Assembly: GCA_965552135.1 (NCBI GenBank)
Contig: CBEVQY010000001.1
Location: 64,001 to 128,000 of the forward strand
Direction of reading: 5' to 3'
From: an uncultured bacterium
GTDB lineage: Bacteria > UBP14 > UBA6098 > B30-G16
DNA length: 64,000 bases
In this document: positions 19,490 to 28,100 of the stretch, piece by piece
How the letters are laid out: each line of letters opens with the position of its first letter
How positions within the stretch are numbered: position 1 is the first letter of the stretch
Notes under the pieces: generated by a model
Database searches by the model: none
What the model was told of the DNA's origin: nothing
Seen by the model: the letters and a program-made list of their open reading frames with translations, nothing else
Translations under genes and position numbers: made by a program

Positions 19490-20566
19490 CTAAACCGAGC
19501 TGAAAAGCTCGCTTCCGGCTTTGAAAAGACCGCTTAGAGATCTTTCCTCGTGGATGCACTTTATGGCTGCGGCGAAAAGCGGCGCCACCGATATGACCTT
19601 AAGAAGATGCGGGCAAAGCCTCGACTTCGCCTCCTCGCTTAGGGGCACCGTGTCGGTTACAGCCATAAGGTCTATTTCGGAATCGGCGAGCCTGTCGACG
19701 GCGGGGTATGAGAGGAGAGGATGTGTTGCGATTGCTACAACGAGCCTTGCCCCCTCTGCGCGGAGCTTGTGGGCAGCCTTGACGACGGTGCCCGCCGTGT
19801 CGATTATATCGTCCACTATTATCGCAACCTTCCCCCTAACCTCGCCGACGATATCGACCACCTGCGCCTCGTTGGGGGCGCTGCGGCGCTTGTAGATTAT
19901 GGCTATCGAGGCGCCCAAATACTGCGCAATCTTCTCAACCCTCTTTACCCCGCCTATGTCGGGCGAAACGATGACCAGATCACCGCCTCGCACGGGCGTC
20001 GGGATGTCGAGGTACTTCGGCATCTGCTGGGTTATGAAGTTCACGAAGACCCAGTCGGAGATGAGGTGGTCGGTGGGGACGTCGAAGAAGCCCTGGATAG
20101 CCGGCGAGTGGAGGTCGATGGTCAGGACTCTGTCGGCGCCTGCGGCAACGATGAGGTTGGCAACAAGCTTTGCCGAGATGGGAACCCTCGGTCTGTCCTT
20201 ACGCTCCTGCCGGGCGTAGCCGAAGTAGGGTATGACGGCTGTGACCCTTCGGGCGCTTGCGCGGCGTGTGGCGTCCAAAAGCAAAAGGAGCTCGAGGAGG
20301 TTATCGCCCTGAGGCTGCACCGACTGCGGAACGAAAACCTTCTCGTCCCTGCCCGGAACCTGCTCGAGCCTGCCCGAGATCGCAGGTTGCGTCGACTCGA
20401 TTATGAACACGTCCTTCCCGCGTATGTTCTCGAGGATCTGGATCCTTATCTCGCCGTCGGCGAAGTTGCTCAGCAAAAGCTTGGTCTTTTCGACGCCGAG
20501 GTGGTGAGCGATGGCTTCGCCCAGGGCTTCGTTGGACCTTCCGATGATAAGCTTTAGGTCATCCAT
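19490..20566 (-). CDS. prs: Ribose-phosphate pyrophosphokinase
   Basis: FADGEI, PYFGYARQ, DLHS..IQGFF, VSPDIGG, VDDIIDTAGT. Confidence 0.96.
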   Translation of the reverse strand: MDDLKLIIGRSNEALGEAIAHHLGVEKTKLLLSNFADGEIRIQILENIRGKDVFIIESTQPAISGRLEQVPGRDEKVFVPQSVQPQGDNLLELLLLLDATRRASARRVTAVIPYFGYARQERKDRPRVPISAKLVANLIVAAGADRVLTIDLHSPAIQGFFDVPTDHLISDWVFVNFITQQMPKYLDIPTPVRGGDLVIVSPDIGGVKRVEKIAQYLGASIAIIYKRRSAPNEAQVVDIVGEVRGKVAIIVDDIIDTAGTVVKAAHKLRAEGARLVVAIATHPLLSYPAVDRLADSEIDLMAVTDTVPLSEEAKSRLCPHLLKVISVAPLFAAAIKCIHEERSLSGLFKAGSELFSSV

Positions 20567-20604
20567 TGCAACCCCTTTTGTGCTCCGCAAAAGACTTAAA
20601 AACG

Positions 20605-20676
20605 CTGGGGCGGGAGGATTCGAACCTCCGAATGGCGGATCCAAAGTCCGCTGCCTTACCGCTTGGCTACGCCCCA
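20605..20676 (-). tRNA. tRNA-Gln (UUG)
   Basis: TGGGGCGTAGCCAAGCGGTAAGGCAGCGGA-CTTTGGA-TCCGCCATTCGGAGGTTCGAATCCTCCCGCCCCAG; no encoded CCA. Confidence 0.97.
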
Positions 20677-21530
20677 GGGCGCGTTATGTGCGACTCAAGC
20701 CTGCAGGGCTTGGTCCTAAAGACTCTCCAGCTCCCCCAGCCGGCTTCCGCGGCGCGGCGCAGGACGGCGACATCGCGAAAAAGCCCAAACACAGCCGATC
20801 CGCTCCCGGAAAGCCCGGCGTGAAACGCCCCCAAAGACCTCAAACGCCGAATCGCTGCGCAAACCTCAGGATATCGCCCGCAAACTACAGGCTCGAAGTC
20901 GTTCCTGAAAAGCCCCACAACCTCCCACACCCCCCCCGCTTTCTCTATTTTTTTGACCACCTCGGGGGTTGTCAAGGAGTTTCTTATCTGGGAGTATGCC
21001 CACGCGGTGCTGACGGAGAAGGGCGGGATGAGGATGAGGATGTGGTAGCCAAGCGGGGCTTCGATCTCCTCGACGATTTCGCCCTTGCCCCTGACTATTG
21101 CGGTGCCCTTCGAGAAGAAGAAGGGGACGTCGGCGCCGACGCGGGAGCCGATTTCCGCCATTTCGCTCGGCGTGAGGCGCAGGTTAAGGATCTCGTTTGC
21201 CGCTTTGATGAACGCCGCGGCGTCGGAGCTTCCGCCGCCAAGCCCCGAGCCGGGCGGTATGCGCTTCCGGATGTGTACACGAAGCGGTCTGAGCTCGCCG
21301 AGATGCTCCCTCAGCACATCCCACGCCACCTCAACCGTGTTTTTGCCCGAAAGCCTCTCGCCACAAACGCTTACCTCAAAGCGGCTTGAGGGAGACACGA
21401 CGAGCTCGTCGGCAAAGTCAACCGCCTGGATTATGGAGAAGATCTCGTGGTATCCGTCGCTGCGCCGCCCGAGGATGTAGAGGCACAGGTTCACCTTCGC
21501 CGGCGCAGAGACCACAAAGCCGCCTTCCAC
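20667..21530 (-). CDS. ispE: 4-diphosphocytidyl-2-C-methyl-D-erythritol kinase
   Basis: APAKVNL.L, GYHEI, KRIPPGSGLGGGSSDAA, GADVPFF, LSGSGS. Confidence 0.96.
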   Translation of the reverse strand: MEGGFVVSAPAKVNLCLYILGRRSDGYHEIFSIIQAVDFADELVVSPSSRFEVSVCGERLSGKNTVEVAWDVLREHLGELRPLRVHIRKRIPPGSGLGGGSSDAAAFIKAANEILNLRLTPSEMAEIGSRVGADVPFFFSKGTAIVRGKGEIVEEIEAPLGYHILILIPPFSVSTAWAYSQIRNSLTTPEVVKKIEKAGGVWEVVGLFRNDFEPVVCGRYPEVCAAIRRLRSLGAFHAGLSGSGSAVFGLFRDVAVLRRAAEAGWGSWRVFRTKPCRLESHITRPGA

Positions 21531-21648
21531 CTTTCCCTCCGGGATGTGCCCCGCGGCTCCTGCGCGGCTATCTCCCCTCGCCCAAAGCGACCTTGCCTGC
21601 AGCCGGGGAGATGCGCTTCGTTTCGGTCAGCGCCTCGGGGCGAGGCTG

Positions 21649-22584
21649 TCACTCAACGCCGCAGCGGGCTTTAAGCTCCTCCCACCTGCGGTCAACCCAG
21701 CGCTGAAGCTCCTCTATAATACCGCGGTTCTCGGGCGCGAAAAGGTGCCTGAACCTGCCCTGCTCCTTGATCCACTCCTCGAGAGGGATCTTCTTGCCGG
21801 TTTTTTCGGGGTTGTAGTTGAGCTTCCACTTTCCGTTCTCGACCTCGAAGAGGGGCCAGAAGCAGCAGTCGACGGCTTTGCGGGACATCTCCATCGACTT
21901 GTCTTCGCGGAAGCGCCATCCCACAGGGCAGGGCATTAGGATGTTTATGAAGGCTGGTCCTTCAATCTCCAGCGCGCGCTGGACCTTGCGCATAAGGTCC
22001 ATAAAGTTGTGCGGCGCAGCCTGAGCGACGTAGGGGATTTCGTGCGCAACCATTATCTCGGTAAGGGGCTTTCTGTGCTGCCTTTTGCCTGGGATCTTCT
22101 TCCCCGCGGGTGTGGTTGAGGTTGCAGCTCCCAGGGGCGTTGCGCCGGAGCGCTGTATGCCCGTGTTCATGTAAGCCTCGTTGTCGTAGCAGATGTAGAG
22201 CATGTTGTGTCCGCGCTCCATTGCGCCCGAGAGCGCCTGGAGACCGATGTCGTATGTTCCGCCGTCGCCGCCGACGGCGATGAAGTTTATCTTCTTTTCG
22301 ACCTTGCCCTTGCGCCGCAGGGCTCGGTAGGCTGCCTCGACGCCGGAGATCGTTGCCGCAACGTTCTCGAAGGCGTTGTGGATGTAAGGTATCCGCCAGG
22401 CGGTGTAGGGGTAGATGGTCGTTACGACCTCCATGCACCCCGTTGCGAGACCTATCACCGTGTTTGGTCCTGCGGCGTGGGTCACCATGCGGAGGATGGC
22501 TGCTCCTGCGCAGCCAGCACACGCCCTGTGACCCGGCGCCAAAAGATCCCTCCTGCCAGCAAGCTCCTTGAGGTTGATCGCCAT
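21649..22584 (-). CDS. porB: Pyruvate:ferredoxin oxidoreductase beta subunit
   Basis: GHRACAGC, ATGC, GGDGGTYDIG, YDNEAYMNTGIQRS. Confidence 0.95.
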   Translation of the reverse strand: MAINLKELAGRRDLLAPGHRACAGCAGAAILRMVTHAAGPNTVIGLATGCMEVVTTIYPYTAWRIPYIHNAFENVAATISGVEAAYRALRRKGKVEKKINFIAVGGDGGTYDIGLQALSGAMERGHNMLYICYDNEAYMNTGIQRSGATPLGAATSTTPAGKKIPGKRQHRKPLTEIMVAHEIPYVAQAAPHNFMDLMRKVQRALEIEGPAFINILMPCPVGWRFREDKSMEMSRKAVDCCFWPLFEVENGKWKLNYNPEKTGKKIPLEEWIKEQGRFRHLFAPENRGIIEELQRWVDRRWEELKARCGVE

Positions 22585-22589
22585 CTTAT

Positions 22590-22886
22590 CTATACCTCCT
22601 TGCTTTCGAAGTCCTGCCCTAAAGCGCGCCTAAGCTCCTTGCGGTATATCCTCTCCTCAAGCTCTCCAAGCCAGCCCTGGAGGACGACTGCGCCCAGGAA
22701 GTGCCAGAAAAGACCGATTCCCCAAAAGAGCGTAACCCACCAAAACCAAAGGTGCTCTGGGCTTGTGGCAAAGTTTATGACTGCAAGGACTGCGTTTACG
22801 CCGATGTACGTCACAAGGTGGGACACAAACCCCACTATTGCCTCTGCCTTGCGCTTCGCCCGCTTTCTTATTTCCTCGTGCTCCAT
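22590..22886 (-). CDS. 2TM domain membrane protein
   Basis: GFVSHLVTYIGVN..L..IN...HLWFWW...WGIGLFWH pattern; AAGGAG upstream of ATG 22886. Confidence 0.85.
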   Translation of the reverse strand: MEHEEIRKRAKRKAEAIVGFVSHLVTYIGVNAVLAVINFATSPEHLWFWWVTLFWGIGLFWHFLGAVVLQGWLGELEERIYRKELRRALGQDFESKEV

Positions 22887-22905
22887 CAGGATGCTCCTTG
22901 CGCCT

Positions 22906-24090
22906 TTATTCGCGAACTCCCCAGACCTTGAAGAGCGTTTGAGGCGGCGTCTGACGATAGGAGAGGAGCTCTTCGAAGATCTGCTCAAGCTCCTTTGCGC
23001 GGATGTCCCTTCCGCCGAGTCCGTAGAGGTAGTCAACGACGAGGGGCGGGTTCGGTCTTCCGAAGAGGGCTGACCTGACCTCGATGAACACAGGACCTCC
23101 CTGGGCGCCGAAGGAGGCTGATCTGTCCATAACGCCCACGACCCTGAACCTTTCCAGAAGCTCCGCGAGCTCCTCGTGGGGGAACGGTCTGAAAACCCTT
23201 ATCTTCACCAGCCCCACCTTCTCTCCGCGCTCGCGCAGTCTGTCGACGGCGACGCGGGCTGTGCCCGCAGTGCTGCCAAGAGCAACCAAAACCACCTCCG
23301 CGTCGTCGCAGCGATACGTCTCGAGGAAATCGTAGTACCTGCCTGTAAGCTCGCCGTAGGCTCTGCCGACCTCCTTTATCACAGGCGGGACTTTGGTCAT
23401 GGCGTCGATCTGCTGCATCTTGTGCTCGAGGTAGTAGTCCTGCAGGTCGAGTGGACCGACGGTGACGGGATTGTCGACATCAAGCAGCGAGAAGTGGGGC
23501 TTTCGCTCGGCGCCGACGAACTCCAAAGCCTCGTCCTCGTCGAGGATCTCCACAACCTCGGTCGTGTGGGAGATGATAAAGCCGTCGAACGAAACCATAA
23601 CGGGCAGAAGCACCCTCTCGTCCTCGGCGATCCTGAAGGCTTGGATGATGTTGTCGTAGACCTCCTGCGAGTTTTCGGCGTATATCTGTATCCATCCTGC
23701 ATCCCTTGCGCCCATTGTGTCGGAGTGGTCGCCGTGGATGTTTATAGGGGCGGAAAGCGCTCTGTTTATCACCGCCATAACGATAGGCAGCCTTGTGGAC
23801 GCAGCGATGTAGAGGATTTCCCACATAAGCGCCAGACCGTTTGCGGCGGTGGCCGTAAACGCCCTTGCACCAGCAGCCGATGCGCCAACGGCGGCGCTCA
23901 TGGCGGAGTGCTCCGACTCCACAAGCACAAGCTCGGTGTCGACGTCGCCGTCGGCAACGAACTCGGCGAACTTGTGCATAAGCTCCGTCTGCGGCGTGAT
24001 CGGGAAGGCTGCAGCAACGTCGGGCGAAACGTGCCTGAACGCCCACGCACCAGCCTCGTTCCCCGTTAAAGCAAGCTTTCGCCTCGCCAT
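22906..24090 (-). CDS. porA: Pyruvate:ferredoxin oxidoreductase alpha subunit
   Basis: FPITPQT, VESEHSAMS, NRALSAPINIHGDHSD, YGLGGRD. Confidence 0.95.
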   Translation of the reverse strand: MARRKLALTGNEAGAWAFRHVSPDVAAAFPITPQTELMHKFAEFVADGDVDTELVLVESEHSAMSAAVGASAAGARAFTATAANGLALMWEILYIAASTRLPIVMAVINRALSAPINIHGDHSDTMGARDAGWIQIYAENSQEVYDNIIQAFRIAEDERVLLPVMVSFDGFIISHTTEVVEILDEDEALEFVGAERKPHFSLLDVDNPVTVGPLDLQDYYLEHKMQQIDAMTKVPPVIKEVGRAYGELTGRYYDFLETYRCDDAEVVLVALGSTAGTARVAVDRLRERGEKVGLVKIRVFRPFPHEELAELLERFRVVGVMDRSASFGAQGGPVFIEVRSALFGRPNPPLVVDYLYGLGGRDIRAKELEQIFEELLSYRQTPPQTLFKVWGVRE

Positions 24091-24108
24091 CTTTTTACCT
24101 TCCTTTTT

Positions 24109-24396
24109 TCACGTTTGCTCAAGGACCATCTCTATCGCCCCCTTGGGGCATTCGTTCGCACAAATGCCGCAACCCTTGCAGTGATCGTAGTCGAAGCCGC
24201 TCATCTTTCCGTCCTTGACTATAACCGACGAGTCGGGGCAGAAAATCCAGCATATCATGCAGTGGATGCACTTGTCCTCGTGGAGGACCGGGCGATACGT
24301 CCTCCAGCCGCCCGTAAGGTACTTCTCCGAGTTGCCGGGCTCAACTATAAGTCCCCCTATTGGGATCTCCTTCCAACCCTTCTTTTGCTCAGACAT
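24109..24396 (-). CDS. porD: Pyruvate:ferredoxin oxidoreductase delta subunit (2x[4Fe-4S])
   Basis: TGGWR..RP, CIHCMICWIFCP, CKGCGICANECP. Confidence 0.95.
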   Translation of the reverse strand: MSEQKKGWKEIPIGGLIVEPGNSEKYLTGGWRTYRPVLHEDKCIHCMICWIFCPDSSVIVKDGKMSGFDYDHCKGCGICANECPKGAIEMVLEQT

Positions 24397-24408
24397 CTTT
24401 GCGCCTCC

Positions 24409-24987
24409 TTACTCTCCCACTATCTCCTCGTATGCTCGCTTGACCGCCCTTATGTTCCCTTCGATCACCTCCTCCGGGAACTTTCCGGCGAACTTTTTGC
24501 GTATGTCGGCATAAATTGTGTCTATGCTCAGTATCCCCGTGGCTTTTATGAGGGCGCCTATCATCGGCGTGTTCGGGATCGGTCTTCCAAGCTCGTCGAT
24601 TGCGATCTTTGTGGCGTCGATGGTGAATATCCTAAACTTTCCCGCGGGCAGTCCGAGCTTTTGCCGCACCCACGACGGGTCGTTCGCGGTGTTGACGATG
24701 ATAACGCCGTCGTCGGGCACGCCCTCTGTGACGTCGACGACGTCAAGAAGCGTTGGGTCCAAAACGACGACGATTCTTGGGGACTCAACCGGGTCGTGCC
24801 GCGTGATGGGCTTTGTCGAGATGCGGGTGAATCCCCGCATCGGCGCGCCCCTCCGCTCGGGACCGTATTCGGGAAAGCCCTGACCGTACTTCCCCTCGCC
24901 TATCGCTGCAGCTGCAAGAAACGTCGCAGCCGTCTTCGCTCCCTGACCCCCTCTGCCGTGCCATCTGATCTCCAAAAATTCCTCCAT
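24409..24987 (-). CDS. porC: Pyruvate:ferredoxin oxidoreductase gamma subunit
   Basis: EIRWHGRGGQGAKT, PEYGPERRGAP, PNTPMIGA. Confidence 0.95.
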   Translation of the reverse strand: MEEFLEIRWHGRGGQGAKTAATFLAAAAIGEGKYGQGFPEYGPERRGAPMRGFTRISTKPITRHDPVESPRIVVVLDPTLLDVVDVTEGVPDDGVIIVNTANDPSWVRQKLGLPAGKFRIFTIDATKIAIDELGRPIPNTPMIGALIKATGILSIDTIYADIRKKFAGKFPEEVIEGNIRAVKRAYEEIVGE

Positions 24988-25116
24988 CTCTAAAACCTCC
25001 CGCCAAGCGTGGACACCAAGAACCTACAAATATCGCCCCCTTCGGATGCAACGTCAAGCTATTTTTAGACAAGCTCGAATACGTTTACCCAAGCAGAGGA
25101 GTGCGCCCTTTCTTCC

Positions 25117-25144
25117 TTGACTTAAGGCAAATGACGATTATTTT
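25117..25144 (+). promoter_or_regulatory. Putative sigma70-type promoter for the giant protein gene
   Basis: TTGACT-16 nt-TATTTT, followed by AAGGAGG RBS. Confidence 0.5.
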
Positions 25145-25170
25145 TATTAAATCGAGCGAAAAGGAGGGGT

Positions 25171-28100
25171 TTGATGAGGAGAGCAAGTTTGTTTGTTTTT
25201 CTGTCTTGTGCCTTTGTTTTTGCTTTAAGGTTCTCCCCTTCGGATGAGCTTGTTGGTCCCTACGAGCTTAAGCTTGCGTCGTCGGATGGTTTTTCGGCTC
25301 ATCATCCGAAGCTTATAGTTCCCGATGCGAGCTATCGTCGTCCGCCCACTTTGGCTGAGCTTGTCTACAAAAGCTGGCTTCGCGGCGTAGCCAAGTCGCC
25401 CCTGTTGCCGCCGCGCAGGCTCCCGCCCGGTCTTGAGAAGTTCTACGGACCGCTTCCTGTGACGCTTCCTGCGGCGGTTGAGCACTACGGCGCCGGCAGA
25501 AAGCTTTTGCGGGGAGCTGCGCCTTCCTCGCCCGCCGAAGCGCTCGACTACGGCGGCTTCGACGCCTCGGACCACCTCGTCTCGATCCCCTGGACGAACC
25601 CACAGAGGCAGCCTTCGATCGCAACCGACACCTTCGGCGTGATATACGCCGTGTGGGGCGAGGAGTTCGATCCCAACACGAACGCGATAATGTTCTCCAA
25701 GTCGACCGACGGTGGCATCACGTGGTCGGAGGCGGTGATAGTCGACAACATAGGCACCAACTTCATGCCCCGGATCGCCGTCTGCAGCGGGACGAGCCCG
25801 TCCAACACGAGGGTGCACGTCGCATACAACTACATCGACATGCACATCTACGACATCTACGACACCTCGGGGACGTATCTTGGTCAGGACACCGTTTACG
25901 AGGGCGACGTGTACTACTCCCGCTCCAACAACGGCGGCGCTACCTTCTCGACCTACTACCCCATCGCCAACAACGACATCGACCTTATAATCTTCTCCTT
26001 CCAGTACGACGAGGGCGGGGCGGACATCGCCGTGGACGAGGACAACGAGGTCGCCGTAGCCTACTACTCGCAGGCTGATGAGGGGCATCTTATATCGCTT
26101 GCCCTGCTTATCGTTTACATTCTCCTCACCGGTGGTCTCCCACCCTTCTGGTTCGACTACACGTGGTATACGGTTTGCTATCGCGCCTCCATAAACGGGG
26201 GCGGGACCTTCGGACCTGAGATTGAGATCGTCAACGACTGGTTCGTCGACAGGTGGAACCCTGGGATAGACGTTTACGGCAGCGGTCCGGGCGCCGAGCT
26301 ACACTGCGCGTACACGGAGGCGGGGTTCATGTCGCTTGCCGAGGCAACGGCGTACTTTAAGAAAGTCATAGACCCGTTCTACGCTCCCTCGGTGAGTTCC
26401 AAGACTTTCGTGGCCGATGGGTACACTTTTGCGGGCTGCCTGCAGACAGACAGCGACGGAAACCCGCACGTCTCCATAACCGACAACTTCTCGTGGGTCG
26501 ACTACGACGTCTACTACACCCGCTCCACCGACGGAGGCGCGTCGTTCTTGGACCCGCTTGTGATAGACATAGGCACGTACGACTCCTACGAGGGTCGCAT
26601 AGGGCTTGACCTTGCGAACAACCCGTTCATAGCCTGGACCGACGCCCGCGGTGGCGACTACGACATCTACTGCGTGTGGTCCGAGGACGGCGGCGCGACG
26701 ATGAGATCGGACCAGCACAAGGTCAACCACGAGACGTTTAACGACAACCAGTACTGGCCCGATGTGTCGCTGTTTTTACCCGACACGATAAGGCGGCTTG
26801 ATATCGACTGGTGGGACACGAAGACCGACCCCGACGGCGACATCTACTTCAACTCGGCGACCTGGTGGCGCACCAACGTCGTGATCCAGCTGCACGATAC
26901 CCTCGCCAACCCGATGGGCGGCACCGTCACGATAAGCTACACATCCTTCGGTGTGCCCATAAGCAGGGAGATAAACGAGGGCTACTGGATCATCTATCAC
27001 GACCCTTACACGTCGATAACGGTCGACGGCATATCGAGCGGATCGGACACGACGGAGCGCTGGGTTTTGAACGAGGACGGGCACGACACGACGTTCACTC
27101 CGGCAACCCCCGGACAGACCTATACCCTCACGTACTACGACCAGTACTGGACGACGTTCACGGTGACGAAGGGCAATCCGCCCGCCTGTACACACACGCC
27201 TCCTGAGGGGATCATGTTCACCTACGAGTACTTCTGGTGGGTTCGCGTTGCCAACACCGACACGACCACCTGGGCGAACGTCCACGGGCTTTATCAGTAC
27301 ACCCCCACCTATCCGCCCGGCGCGACGCACGAGAGGTGGCACACCCCCGAGCCCTCGGGCTACGTGATGAGCCGGACCATAGCGCCCACGTATTACCATC
27401 AGTGGTACGCCCAGTTCCGTCGTCCGCAAAAGCTCAACCCCGACACTGGCTCGTGCGCCTGCACGCACAGCGTTCCGTCGTTTGCCCTTCTGCAGCGGTA
27501 CGAGGACGGCGAGAACCTCGGCGGCACCGCCGATATGGTCGACTGGACAGACTGCGGAAGCATATACGAGTACGAAAACCCCAAGGTCATAAGCTCCCAG
27601 CAGAGGTGGCTTATCACTGAGGGCGCCTCCGGCGTTGTGGACGGCATAGGTCCGTACATCCCCGGCGCGTACCACCAGTGGAAGCCGAGCATAATCCTCG
27701 TCGGTCCGTCCTGCCCCGACAACACCACCTGCTGCGAGGAGTACTGGAGCGGAGGCGTCTCCTACTACGAGGTTGACCTCTGCGGCACATACGAGCCGTG
27801 GGTCGACTGCGCCAGCCGCCTGAAGATGTGCGACTTCACCACCCTCGGCTGGGTCGCCAGAGACCCAACCGAGTTTCCGTGCGTTACGTCGGCGTTTATG
27901 GCGTCCATTCGCTACGGGAACGTGGTATCCGTGACCCTTCGCAACGACTTCGGCTACGGCTTTGTGGTTGCCGACGGCGACACGTACTCCTCGCCCGCCG
28001 TGATAGGCTGGGCGCCGTCGACGGACCACGTTATCACCGCGGTCACGCCGCAGGTGTTCGGCGCCACACGGTACGTCTGGGACCACTGGTCGGACGGCGG

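Noticed and set aside
19490..20644. Extended N-termini in the ORF track (prs, wza, mnmE, rpmH, kelch gene, sfsA)
   Set aside because: The extensions run through tRNAs or neighbouring genes; downstream starts with RBS or stop/start overlaps fit better.
21595..21640. Hammerhead-like CTGA...GAAA on the minus strand
   Set aside because: CTGACCGAAAC lacks the CUGANGA core and stem II.
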